A stretch of DNA of 41,182 nt from the IMG/VR virus record IMGVR_UViG_3300032233_003247, positions 1 through 41,182 of that record; one strand, written 5' to 3'. Source of the stretch: a virus. Lineage: Duplodnaviria; Caudoviricetes. A program made the position numbers and the translations under genes. Below, piece after piece: positions 15,761 to 24,915 of this stretch (the first letter of the stretch is position 1; the number at the start of each line of letters is the position of its first letter). A model generated the notes under the pieces. The model saw only the letters and a program-made list of their open reading frames with translations, searched no databases and was not told where the DNA came from.

Positions 15761-18048
15761 TGGCAGCCGACGCTAAAGCAAGACTCCAGGAAATTGTAAA
15801 CGCTTACCTGGACAAAGACTCAAGCACAGTAGTCGACACGAGTGTTGTAGCGTCTCATATTGCTCAAATGAAGCTTTTTGGCATTCGCCAAGGAGTAGAG
15901 TTTTTTCCGTCTCAAGATAACTTTGGTGCTCAACGCAAAGACTTTATTGATCGCGTACTAAAGTACAACAAGCTAGACACATGTTTGGATTCAATTTGGG
16001 AATATTTTTTATGTGATGGCCAGGGGTTGTTTTACATCCGCCCCACCAAACAAAGTTATAGACTTTATTATTTTCGCAACCATGAGTATCGGGCTTTTTA
16101 CAACGTAGATGGCGAGCTGGAAGAGGTTGTGATTATTTATAGTTATAAAGTGCGCCGTGGTTATGGCTTTGGTGATCAGATACAAACTAATTCAATTTCA
16201 GGTACACAAACCACAGGCAACCCTGGCGCCAAAAAATATATTCGTTTATCAATTAAAGCAAAAGAAATTGAAGAAACGCATTCAGATTCGGAAATGTCTT
16301 TTGACATGCCGACTTACACACTGACGGGTCAAACTAAAAAGTTTAAAAACAGTTTGGGTTTTATTCCTTGCGTTGAAATTTTAAATAATCCACAGGGATT
16401 TTCTACCGAAGGCAATGGTGAATTTGATGCATTAGCCAATCACATTTGCACGCATGATGAATTGGTTCGCACCATGCGAAAGAATGTCCAGTTCTTTGGT
16501 AATCCAACATTATTATCATCTCGTCCTAAAACAGATTTAATGGAATCCGGCGGAGATTCTGTTGTTCAACGTCCGTCTATTGCAGCCAACTCTGGGTTTG
16601 GAAGTTTATCTGCTCTGAGCCGCTCAACTTTTAAAGCAGATCCAATTAGCCGTGGTGTTGACGGACAGATTCGTGTACCACGCGTCATTGCAAACCTGGA
16701 GCCAAACGACCGAGTTGGTTATATTGTTCCTGATGCTATTACAGGGGACCAGAATTCTTTTGCACGTCAATACAGGGAGGAGATTCGCACTGCTTTAGGA
16801 GGTGTAGATGAGTTATCTATTTCCGCAGGCGTTACCGCAACTGAATACAAGTCATTGTTCGGACGTGTGTCAGCCACATCTAAGAAAAAAGCCAACGCTA
16901 TTTATACACACGGTATTTGCCGTTGTCTTGAATTAATTATTTATCAAGAAGAACAACTATTTAAATCAACACTTGCTCAAGCTGCTGGTATCGAGCGACC
17001 TGTTGACTTGGCTGGGGATGCTTCAGAGGAAGAAAAAAAGGCTTACGACGAAGCTTTAAAGATGTTTAATGATCAGTTAAAAAAACTGATGATGGCTTGC
17101 GTGGACTCCCAACAAATCCCACCAGGTGTTATGGGATTGATTCCTGATGGCGATGTCACGATGCTTTGGCGTTGGCTGGGTCCTGTCTACGAAGATTCGA
17201 CACAAGACATCCTAAACAACTCTATTGTGGTAAGAAACCTACAAGAATTAGGTGTTGATAGCATTGAAGCACTGAAATACCTTTTTCCGTCTAAGACGGA
17301 TGAGGAGAGAGCCGAGATGTTATCTGGGTTCCCATTCAGGATGGTTAACGAATTACAGGGTGCATACTCTGCTTTCGCTAAACTAGTGGGGGGAATGATG
17401 CAGACGCCCCACCCGCAAGCACCGGATTTACCGATGGCTGCGGATCCAAGATTGGATTTAACTCCATATCTGTATCGAACTCTCGAAGCTTTACAAAAGG
17501 AGATGAGTTATGCAGGACGCTACCGTCCAATCGATCCCACAGACGAGCCCGTCGCCAGCAGTGGCACCGAGCAGTTACGTGGTGGCAGCCCCTCAGGCAG
17601 CACCGGCCAATTACCAGGCAGCCCCGGTGGCGTACCAGGTGGGTACCAGCTACCCTCAAGCGGTACCTCAGGCAGCCCCCAGCTACCAATCCGCCCCTAC
17701 TCAGTTCGCCCCCCAGTCCCCATCGGCGGACCAGGGCAGCAACCCATGGGAGTCGGCGTTCAACAAGGTGGTGAACCTGCTGAGCGCACCAGTTCAATCC
17801 CCATTCCAGGGTCAGTCATCAGCGAGCCCGACGCAGTACGCCCCGGCGAACTACGGTCAAGCCAGCAACCAAGCTACGCAACAATCGGCGACGCAGATCT
17901 CGTCTCCCAACCAGGCTTACTCGCCCAACTCTTCCCCAACCTCCTCCAATCCGTCCTTGGCGGAAGTGGCAGATTACCTGGGGTGGAGTCAGGAAAGCCG
18001 GATGGTAATCGACGCGTACGGCCTGGAAGCACCCGCCGTACTAAATAA
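15760..18048 (+). CDS. Putative portal protein with long disordered C-terminal extension
   Basis: Size and position between terL and scaffold/MCP; NSLGFIPCVEILNNP..GEFD..GNP pattern typical of portals. Confidence 0.8.
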   Translation: MAADAKARLQEIVNAYLDKDSSTVVDTSVVASHIAQMKLFGIRQGVEFFPSQDNFGAQRKDFIDRVLKYNKLDTCLDSIWEYFLCDGQGLFYIRPTKQSYRLYYFRNHEYRAFYNVDGELEEVVIIYSYKVRRGYGFGDQIQTNSISGTQTTGNPGAKKYIRLSIKAKEIEETHSDSEMSFDMPTYTLTGQTKKFKNSLGFIPCVEILNNPQGFSTEGNGEFDALANHICTHDELVRTMRKNVQFFGNPTLLSSRPKTDLMESGGDSVVQRPSIAANSGFGSLSALSRSTFKADPISRGVDGQIRVPRVIANLEPNDRVGYIVPDAITGDQNSFARQYREEIRTALGGVDELSISAGVTATEYKSLFGRVSATSKKKANAIYTHGICRCLELIIYQEEQLFKSTLAQAAGIERPVDLAGDASEEEKKAYDEALKMFNDQLKKLMMACVDSQQIPPGVMGLIPDGDVTMLWRWLGPVYEDSTQDILNNSIVVRNLQELGVDSIEALKYLFPSKTDEERAEMLSGFPFRMVNELQGAYSAFAKLVGGMMQTPHPQAPDLPMAADPRLDLTPYLYRTLEALQKEMSYAGRYRPIDPTDEPVASSGTEQLRGGSPSGSTGQLPGSPGGVPGGYQLPSSGTSGSPQLPIRPYSVRPPVPIGGPGQQPMGVGVQQGGEPAERTSSIPIPGSVISEPDAVRPGELRSSQQPSYATIGDADLVSQPGLLAQLFPNLLQSVLGGSGRLPGVESGKPDGNRRVRPGSTRRTK

Positions 18049-18472
18049 TTACGGTCTTCAGCTTGAAAACATGCTTGACAGTGCTGTTGCTTGGGGTACC
18101 CAGGCACAGGAAATTATCAAGGGCTATGCTGAGTTTGCTGTTAATGAGCACACTGAGAATCTGGCTTATAACGAGATTCTTACTAACCCCGATGTTCTTA
18201 GCGATTACACGCTGAAGTTCTTTGGTCCTGAAGGTCCTTATCCCGTGTACGAAAACGAAGGTCAACTTGAAACCCGTGGTTATCGTACGGAAGCTGCTTA
18301 CAACAACATGGGTCAGCTCCCTGCCCCTCCCGCTGCTGCAGCTCCCCAGCAACCCGAAAACTTCTGGGGCAACTTCAACGAGATGATGGCTCGTGATCCC
18401 CAGAACGCTTGGCGTGCACTGAATCAGGCTCAACCTGGCACTGTTGCTAACAAACTGTTTGTAATGGAGTAA
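17510..18472 (+). CDS. Putative capsid scaffolding protein
   Basis: AAGGAG SD at 17497-17502; P/Q/A/S-rich disordered N-half and helical acidic C-half; located upstream of MCP. Confidence 0.75.
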   Translation: MQDATVQSIPQTSPSPAVAPSSYVVAAPQAAPANYQAAPVAYQVGTSYPQAVPQAAPSYQSAPTQFAPQSPSADQGSNPWESAFNKVVNLLSAPVQSPFQGQSSASPTQYAPANYGQASNQATQQSATQISSPNQAYSPNSSPTSSNPSLAEVADYLGWSQESRMVIDAYGLEAPAVLNNYGLQLENMLDSAVAWGTQAQEIIKGYAEFAVNEHTENLAYNEILTNPDVLSDYTLKFFGPEGPYPVYENEGQLETRGYRTEAAYNNMGQLPAPPAAAAPQQPENFWGNFNEMMARDPQNAWRALNQAQPGTVANKLFVME

Positions 18473-18476
18473 GGCT

Positions 18477-19052
18477 ATGCGTTCATTAGGACAAACCCGT
18501 CCTCTGCTCGCATATGGAGTCCCTGCCGCTGCCGGTTTAGCAGTCGGTGGGGCTCTTGCCGCACAGGGCGAAGACCCAGGTAGTGCCGCGCTTGGTGGTG
18601 TTGCCGCAGCTTTAGGAGCACGTGGTGGCCTCGGTGCCGCTCGCTTAGCCGGAAAGTATGCACCTGAATTGGCTGCACGTATTCAAGAAAAAGCCGTAGT
18701 TCCTTTGGGAAATGTGGTTGGCAACATCGGACGTAATTTACCAGAGGGAGCCACGCTACGTGGTAAAGCCGTTGGTAGACTTGCCGATGTTATCTCTTCG
18801 GCAGAAAATGTTGCAGTTACTCCGGGCGCTCAAACTGCCGTTCGCAATGTAGCTGCTGGATTGGCTACGCCTGCCGCAGCCGGTTTTGCCGGACTCGGCG
18901 GTCTAGCTGCTGGTGCAATCCCAGAAGCACTCGGTGTACCTGGGTTCCAGCAGAATCAAGTTATTGATCCTGAATCACCCTATGTAACTAGTAATACCCC
19001 TGGGGCACGGTTGGGTGTTTCGCCTAGCCAATCCACCTATCGGTACCAGTAG
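18477..19052 (+). CDS. Gly/Ala-rich hydrophobic protein
   Basis: 191 aa with glycine-zipper segments like the 6729-9069 genes. Confidence 0.7.
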   Translation: MRSLGQTRPLLAYGVPAAAGLAVGGALAAQGEDPGSAALGGVAAALGARGGLGAARLAGKYAPELAARIQEKAVVPLGNVVGNIGRNLPEGATLRGKAVGRLADVISSAENVAVTPGAQTAVRNVAAGLATPAAAGFAGLGGLAAGAIPEALGVPGFQQNQVIDPESPYVTSNTPGARLGVSPSQSTYRYQ

Positions 19053-19152
19053 TACATAAATTACCAACTGCTAAAATTTGTGATAGATAAGACATTCAGG
19101 TGTCTTTATCTTTCACCCGATAAAAAACCCTGACACTGGAGGATAAACCAAA

Positions 19153-19164
19153 GTGTTTATTGAT
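19153..19164 (+). CDS. Major capsid protein exon 1 (GTG TTT ATT GAT = MFID)
   Basis: GGAGG SD at 19138-19142; exon ends in U as group I 5' splice sites require; joins in frame to exon 2. Confidence 0.85.
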
Positions 19165-19990
19165 AGCTAGTTCAGATCCTGGTAGGTGTGTCCTTTTAGG
19201 ATTTGGTAAATAGCACCGTGATTACAGTTGAATTTTTCGGCAATCTTTCGATATGAAAGCCCAGCCTTCTTTAAAGATTTAATAGTAATCACGTCTTCCG
19301 AAGAAAACTTTCTTAAAGACTTCTTCGGTTTCCCTTTACTGGCAAAACCATTATTTTGGTAAGCCCCGAATTCCCAAGCCTTTATTAAATTTTCTTGCTT
19401 GGTAACAATTTCAAGATTTTCAATCCGGTTATTCCGTTTGTTGTGATCCTTGTGATTGACCTGAAGAGAAAAATTATGAGTCCCATGGGAACGAAGGTCC
19501 AATCCAAGAAATGAAACCGCCATTAACACGTGTAAGTGAAAGCGTTTCTTTCTTCCATTTATAAGAACTGAGACCCTGTCATAACCACTGGTTGAGCTAA
19601 TAGGAAGTTCTTCAAGTTCTTCTTGGTTCAGGTCATTAAGTTTTTTCTTAAAGGCTCGACCGTCTTCCGTTAAGTAAAGGTTACCAAGCCCGGGTACAAG
19701 TTTTGGATCCACGTTGTTCATCAACATTTTTCCAAAGCATAACATGCCTCAACTGAACGCTCAACGTTGTCACCTCATCAAGCAATTGGTGAGTGAAAAC
19801 CGGATGAATTCAGGGAAGCCCTAACGTAAAGTCGAGGGTAATCCTGAGCGAAGCCAATCAAGATCGTGATTGGAACGTGCAGAGACTACTGGGTGTAACA
19901 CGCACTTGTTACGTAATACCAGATCTAGCGTCCGGCATCCCACGTGGATGAAGAGATAGTCCACCCCTCTAAGAAACTAGAGACCAGGAG
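19165..19990 (+). mobile_element. Group I self-splicing intron in the major capsid gene
   Basis: P (GAATTCAGGGAAG 19806), Q (AATCCTGAGC 19840), R (GTGCAGAGACTA 19877), S (AAGAGATAGTCC 19951); P3 CCGGATG/CGTCCGG; IGS CGTTGTCA 19765-19772; terminal G at 19990. Confidence 0.92.
19167..19745 (-). CDS. Intron-encoded HNH homing endonuclease (antisense)
   Basis: HVLMAVSF..QVNHKDHNKRNNRIENLEIVTKQEN (I-HmuI-like HNH) plus C-terminal HTH (GLSYRKIAEKFNC). Confidence 0.9.
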   Translation of the reverse strand: MLCFGKMLMNNVDPKLVPGLGNLYLTEDGRAFKKKLNDLNQEELEELPISSTSGYDRVSVLINGRKKRFHLHVLMAVSFLGLDLRSHGTHNFSLQVNHKDHNKRNNRIENLEIVTKQENLIKAWEFGAYQNNGFASKGKPKKSLRKFSSEDVITIKSLKKAGLSYRKIAEKFNCNHGAIYQILKGHTYQDLN

Positions 19991-21148
19991 AACGACTTTC
20001 CAAAAATCTTGGGTGCGGAGCTTTACCGTCCCCACCCCGCGTATATCGCTGAAATGGCTGTAGAGCCTGTGGTTGTCCACGACTTTACTCGTCAGCCTGG
20101 TCAAACCGTCCAGCTCGACCGCTACAAGTTCTGGGGAACCCCTGGCACTAAGGATAGCCGCGAGCGTATTTCCGATCAAACTATCGGTACCGCCAACAGC
20201 CGTAACATCACCAAGGAGAAAGTCCTTGTGGTGCTTAAGGAATACACTGGTCCTGCGGACCCCGGCGATCCTACCCAGCCTTCGACCTTCAAGATTGCTC
20301 GGGAAACCCTGATCACAGCACAGCGTCTGCTACTGGATACAGGCAACTTGAATATGTTCCACCAGTCCATCGGTAGCCTCACGCTGCTTGATGACTATCG
20401 TCGGTGGCGTGACCGCGTCTTCATTGACGAACTGTCCAAAGCAGAAGCCAACGGTCAAGCTTCGACCAGCCAAGGCGGTTACTACTTTGCTGGTAACAAA
20501 GCCAAAGCATCTAACGGCTCTATTTCCTATACTGCCGCTGAGTACACTGCTCAAATCCAACAGTTCCAAGTCCGTACCGACTTGCTGAATGTTGTTAAGG
20601 ACCTTCGTAAGCGCAACGTACCGACCTATTCTGATGGTCTGTATCGTTGTATTTGCGATCCTACTTTCATGATGCACCTGCGTCGTGATCCTGACTTCCG
20701 TGAGATTGCTCGTTACTCTGGTAACCCTGGTCAAGGCATGTACATGGGTAACCCCATGATGCCTAACAACTCCAGCTTCTTCATGGGTCCCCAAGCTGGC
20801 CAAGGCTACTTCCTTGCTGGCGAACCTGTGATGCCTACTGGCGTTCAGTTTGAAGGTGTGAAGTTCTTCGAATCGACTAACTTCCCCACCAAGAGCGTTT
20901 CTGCTACTTTTGCTAGCGATGGTGCTAACACCTTCTCTAGCCAAGAAGTTGCTCAAGGTTACTTCTTTGGTCCTCAGGCAATCGGTGTTGGTATTGGTGG
21001 TCCTAACGCTCAGGTGTTGATCAACAATAACGACGACTTCAGCCGCTTCATCATTCTGATTTGGCAATTGTACGCTGGTTTTGAAATCCTCAACAAGGAC
21101 TTTGTTACCACCGCGTTCAGCTTTGTGTCGGATGACGGCAACATTTGA
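19991..21148 (+). CDS. Major capsid protein exon 2 (spliced product about 389 aa, MFIDNDFPKILGAELYRP...)
   Basis: Strongly biased codon usage, size and position after scaffold; QPGQTVQLDRY and GVQFEGVKFFESTN resemble HK97-fold MCP motifs. Confidence 0.88.
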   Translation, partial: NDFPKILGAELYRPHPAYIAEMAVEPVVVHDFTRQPGQTVQLDRYKFWGTPGTKDSRERISDQTIGTANSRNITKEKVLVVLKEYTGPADPGDPTQPSTFKIARETLITAQRLLLDTGNLNMFHQSIGSLTLLDDYRRWRDRVFIDELSKAEANGQASTSQGGYYFAGNKAKASNGSISYTAAEYTAQIQQFQVRTDLLNVVKDLRKRNVPTYSDGLYRCICDPTFMMHLRRDPDFREIARYSGNPGQGMYMGNPMMPNNSSFFMGPQAGQGYFLAGEPVMPTGVQFEGVKFFESTNFPTKSVSATFASDGANTFSSQEVAQGYFFGPQAIGVGIGGPNAQVLINNNDDFSRFIILIWQLYAGFEILNKDFVTTAFSFVSDDGNI

Positions 21149-21181
21149 TAATTAAAATACGCACATTTATAGGAGAAATAA

Positions 21182-21976
21182 ATGACTTATCTGTCTTCTA
21201 AGAAAATTTATCCCGGCAACTGGGCTGAACCCCTGAACAGCTGGTATAAAAATATCGACGCCATTGCTGACGGCACTAACGATTCTTCTAAGGGCGGCCC
21301 CACCTCCGTGTTGGCTGTTCCTGGTTATCGTTATTTCCAGCAACGTGGTTATGTCCCCGTGACCGCCACTTCTGGTGCTGGTGCAGTTGCTTCGGCTTCT
21401 GTGATCATCCCTTCCCCTTATCGGAATGATGACACCCGCACCGATATCACCGGCATGGTGATTTCTGGTAGCGCAACTCAAGCGGCTTACGTTTACCGCA
21501 CCGCCATCTCTATTGCTTCTGGCTGGGGAGACGGTCGCGTTGCTTCTGGTGTTTATGCTGCCACTGGCAACGTAATCTCCTTTGGTCGTGACAACAGCGG
21601 TAGCCCTGTCGCAGCTTCTGGCGAACCTGTGGCACAAGCCAACTTGTCCTCTACTGTTTCTGGCTCGCAAGCAGGTGAAATCTATTTCGCAGGCGGCGTC
21701 CAGGCTTTCGGTCAAGTGCCTCTTCTGACCGCTACTGGCCAAGCTGTTACCGTTACTGGTACTTACCCCATCTACAGCGGAGCAACTACCTTCAAGGTAT
21801 ATGCAAAGCAGACCGCCAATTCTACGGCTACTTCCGGTGGTTTCTACATCTCTAGCGGCGACTCTAATTCTGGTCGCGCTGGTTATATCTGCGTTGAAGT
21901 GTGCTACATCGTTCCCGATGATGCCCCTGGCTACGAAGATATTGATGGCTATCTGACAGGTCGCACTGTTAGCTAA
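21182..21976 (+). CDS. Putative minor capsid/decoration protein
   Basis: AGGAG SD; same codon bias as MCP; beta-rich S/G/T composition; directly after MCP. Confidence 0.65.
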   Translation: MTYLSSKKIYPGNWAEPLNSWYKNIDAIADGTNDSSKGGPTSVLAVPGYRYFQQRGYVPVTATSGAGAVASASVIIPSPYRNDDTRTDITGMVISGSATQAAYVYRTAISIASGWGDGRVASGVYAATGNVISFGRDNSGSPVAASGEPVAQANLSSTVSGSQAGEIYFAGGVQAFGQVPLLTATGQAVTVTGTYPIYSGATTFKVYAKQTANSTATSGGFYISSGDSNSGRAGYICVEVCYIVPDDAPGYEDIDGYLTGRTVS

Positions 21977-22016
21977 TTAAGCTAAACTAGGACCAGAGAG
22001 TTGATCTTTGGTCCTT

Positions 22017-22427
22017 ATGCTTTACCAGCACAGAAAAACTGGCGCCCGCGTCAAGGTAATTAGTGAGTGGGACAATGGCGATTGGTTTATGGTCGAAGAC
22101 CAAGACGGTCGCCTTTTTACCGCTTATAAAACCGAACTTTCTCCTGATGAAATTGCTACCAAAAAAGTAACAACTTTACAGGTTAAAGATAAAGCTGCAA
22201 AGGATGAGCCCAGGTCTTTTCCACCGGAAACTCGTTTGAATGTTAATTCCGCTACCGCCCAAATGATTGCTGATCATATCAAGGGTATCGGTCTTAAAAC
22301 TGCCCGGGAAATCAAGGATTTACAGATGTCCTTATCGGGTGAAAGATTCAATAACTTGGAGCAGCTCAAGCAAATCAAACGAGTTGACTGGAATGCTGTC
22401 TTGGCAGCAGACTTAATTCGAGTGTAA
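22017..22427 (+). CDS. Helix-hairpin-helix (ComEA-like) domain protein
   Basis: RLNVNSATAQMIADHIKGIGLKTAREI..FNNLEQLKQIKRV; ATG 22017 preferred to TTG 22008. Confidence 0.8.
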   Translation: MLYQHRKTGARVKVISEWDNGDWFMVEDQDGRLFTAYKTELSPDEIATKKVTTLQVKDKAAKDEPRSFPPETRLNVNSATAQMIADHIKGIGLKTAREIKDLQMSLSGERFNNLEQLKQIKRVDWNAVLAADLIRV

Positions 22428-22446
22428 AGCTTGACTTAAACTTCTC

Positions 22447-22475
22447 AAGCCTCCTTCTGGAGGCTTTTTTGTTTT
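22447..22475 (+). terminator. Rho-independent terminator
   Basis: AAGCCTCC-TTCT-GGAGGCTT followed by a T-run. Confidence 0.85.
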
Positions 22476-22496
22476 AAAATTAAAAATAAAAAGATA

Positions 22497-23177
22497 ATGG
22501 CCGGATTGCCACGCTTGAGCGGATCTTCAATTTATTTAGGCAAAACAGGTGCCACCGGCGGAGTAACCGGTGCACATGGTCATTTTGAAGTTATTAAAGA
22601 CGGCAAGCGCTACGGGTTATCGCAGGCACGCGCAGATCTCGGTCAAAACATCCAGTTTCGCCTACCTGGTAGTCAAACATGGCAACAGATGTATAGCCAA
22701 GGTACAGGCGGACAGTTCCAGTTAAATCCTGCGGTTGCTTTAACAGAAGGGATTGGAATTCGTGAAATTCATCCAGTTACTGGCGCACGAAATGTTGCGC
22801 ATCAAGGCGAAGATTATTCTTTTCCAGAAGGTACATCTTTACGGTTTTTAGGCGGCGGAAATGTACAAGGATTGCCAAATGTTGGACGAGCTGGAAACAT
22901 CTCAACCTTACATACTGGCCCATACAAGTTAGACGTATTTCATATGAGTGAACTGCCAAAGGCAGCTTCAGCTGCTGAAACAAATCAATTACCAACAGCT
23001 CCGGTGTTACCCGGTACTCCACCTACAACTGCGCAACAACCTACTCAAACCACAGAAGATTTGTTAAAGCGAATGTTACTACAAGAAGCATTGGCACCTT
23101 CAAAATCCCAAGATTTTCTAACTTCTTTCTTAATGCAAAACCCGTATCTTGCAGGTGGTCAGGAGCAATCGGCTTAA
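22497..23177 (+). CDS. Circularly permuted M23-family peptidase
   Basis: GKTGATGGVTGAHGHFEV (HxH, H27/H29) precedes HPVTG..HQGEDY (HxxxD, H102/D106). Confidence 0.8.
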   Translation: MAGLPRLSGSSIYLGKTGATGGVTGAHGHFEVIKDGKRYGLSQARADLGQNIQFRLPGSQTWQQMYSQGTGGQFQLNPAVALTEGIGIREIHPVTGARNVAHQGEDYSFPEGTSLRFLGGGNVQGLPNVGRAGNISTLHTGPYKLDVFHMSELPKAASAAETNQLPTAPVLPGTPPTTAQQPTQTTEDLLKRMLLQEALAPSKSQDFLTSFLMQNPYLAGGQEQSA

Positions 23178-23216
23178 TTCACTTACTTTATAATTAAACA
23201 ATAGCGAAATGTAGAA

Positions 23217-23678
23217 GTGAATTTATCTGACTTTGATAAAAGTAGGGTCAGGTATCACCTGGGTTACTTTACTGTTTCAGTTCCTGCGGGCGACTATGCC
23301 CGCCTGGAAGAAGCAATGAATACCGTACCGGATTCATATTTTTACGACAAAATTATTATTCAGGTTGGTCGTTGCGATACAGCAGAAAAGAAAACAGAAG
23401 TTGCAACAGCTCCCTCGACACGTTTAGAAAGTATTGCCGGAGACGTTGATCGTACTATTCGATCAAGCAATGCCAAGGAAGCACTTAAGGTTTGGGATGA
23501 AATTTATCTCTATGAAACCAATCGTCTTGCCGGTATCCTTTACGTACCTAACTACAAGGATCCGTTCCAAGCACGTTACCGTTATGAGCGCTCTGGTGCT
23601 GAATTCATCCAGGCACTTCCTGGCCCTGCTGATACGGCAGTAGGTTCACGTATGTATCTTCATGAGGCTTGGCGGTAA
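23217..23678 (+). CDS. Putative head-tail adaptor/neck protein
   Basis: 153-aa helical protein (RVRYHLGY) downstream of capsid genes; function inferred from position. Confidence 0.55.
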   Translation: MNLSDFDKSRVRYHLGYFTVSVPAGDYARLEEAMNTVPDSYFYDKIIIQVGRCDTAEKKTEVATAPSTRLESIAGDVDRTIRSSNAKEALKVWDEIYLYETNRLAGILYVPNYKDPFQARYRYERSGAEFIQALPGPADTAVGSRMYLHEAWR

Positions 23679-24811
23679 TGGGTATTCCAATGAGTTCAGT
23701 TGGTGGTTTGCTTCGCAATCTTGGAGGTGAGGCTGCAAAGCTTTTACAAAGAGATATGATGTCAGGTGCTTTAAGAGCAGGGCTTTCCCCCCGTAGTCCG
23801 ATGACTTACCCACAAGCTTTAAAAGCTACTGTCAATATGCGGGCAATGCAAGCAGGAGCGCCTGCAGCATTTATAGGTGCAGATGCCACTCAAAATTTTA
23901 GGTCTACTCAAGATATTGAAAACGCTTTAAACCAAATTGGTCCAGCCATTGATCGTACTGTTAGTAATATTATTCCACCTTCAATTAGAAACTCTTTAAA
24001 TCAATTTGCCAGTGAGCAAGAAAAACAAGGTTTTGGCGGTGCACTAGCATTGGCAACTCCCTTTGGTTTTCTTGCTTCACCTGTAATTCCAAATATAAAA
24101 GCACAATCCGTTAATATAAAAGCTGGTTCAGTGCCACTTAACGGCATCCGAACAGGTAAGTATGGTCCCACAGACTGGGAACCGCAATCTTGGATGTCTG
24201 CACAACGCAGCAGTCAGCAAGCACCTTCGGCTCGTAGTGTTCCATCTAGCCCTTTAGCTAGTACAGGTTCTCCAGCTGAACGTGCCTATGCCGCAGAAAA
24301 AGAGCGTGCTCAACAACTTACCGCACAAGATCCTTTATTTAAAAAGTATCAAATTGCTGACTTAACAAAACAATACAATACAGCCACCGGAGATGATCGA
24401 GAAAGAATTGGTTTACAAATATGGGCACAAACCAACCCCCGGTTAGCAGCAAAACTACGACCTGGTCAAATAGGTTATGCAGAGATGCAAGCAGCACCAG
24501 GATACAACACCGGGCTTGGAACAACCACGTCAAGTTTTGGTCAATATACACAAGGAGTTACAACTCCAAATGTTGACATTGACTCAAACACATTTACCAA
24601 ACGACTTCCTTCTGACTTGTTAAGTTCAGTTGGCATTACAACTCCCTCTAGTCTTGAGGGAATGCCCTTTGCTCCTGGTAAGGGACTAGAGCAGCTTCTT
24701 CCAAACGTTAACGCTTATAACACGCAAATAGATTTCAATGCGTTTCGTCCCAATTTAGAAGAAAAACAACGTCAACTTTTGATCCAAGCTTATAACAGGG
24801 GTTTAAAATAA
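23678..24811 (+). CDS. Hypothetical protein
   Basis: Long ORF; ATG 23678 overlaps upstream stop (TAATG). Confidence 0.75.
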   Translation: MGIPMSSVGGLLRNLGGEAAKLLQRDMMSGALRAGLSPRSPMTYPQALKATVNMRAMQAGAPAAFIGADATQNFRSTQDIENALNQIGPAIDRTVSNIIPPSIRNSLNQFASEQEKQGFGGALALATPFGFLASPVIPNIKAQSVNIKAGSVPLNGIRTGKYGPTDWEPQSWMSAQRSSQQAPSARSVPSSPLASTGSPAERAYAAEKERAQQLTAQDPLFKKYQIADLTKQYNTATGDDRERIGLQIWAQTNPRLAAKLRPGQIGYAEMQAAPGYNTGLGTTTSSFGQYTQGVTTPNVDIDSNTFTKRLPSDLLSSVGITTPSSLEGMPFAPGKGLEQLLPNVNAYNTQIDFNAFRPNLEEKQRQLLIQAYNRGLK

Positions 24812-24829
24812 CCCTTTGTTAAACTAAGA

Positions 24830-24900
24830 ATACTTGGCGCTACATCGTAGGTAAGTCCACCAACTGGATAACGAATCTTTTGATTCACGGAAGCCAGTGT
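24830..24900 (+). ncRNA. Candidate four-way-junction RNA
   Basis: Outer stem ATACTTGGC/GCCAGTGT enclosing hairpins CTAC/GTAG, GTCCA/TGGAT and GAATC/GATTC; TAAACT -10 at 24820. Confidence 0.6.
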
Positions 24901-24915
24901 TGTTGCATTAAACCA

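Noticed and set aside
20330-21067. 245-aa antisense ORF inside the capsid gene
   Set aside because: Shadow frame expected from strong codon bias; no recognisable protein features.
20009-21148. ORF-track TTG start for the capsid protein
   Set aside because: The frame extends to the intron 3' splice site at 19991, and an SD-led exon 1 exists at 19153-19164.
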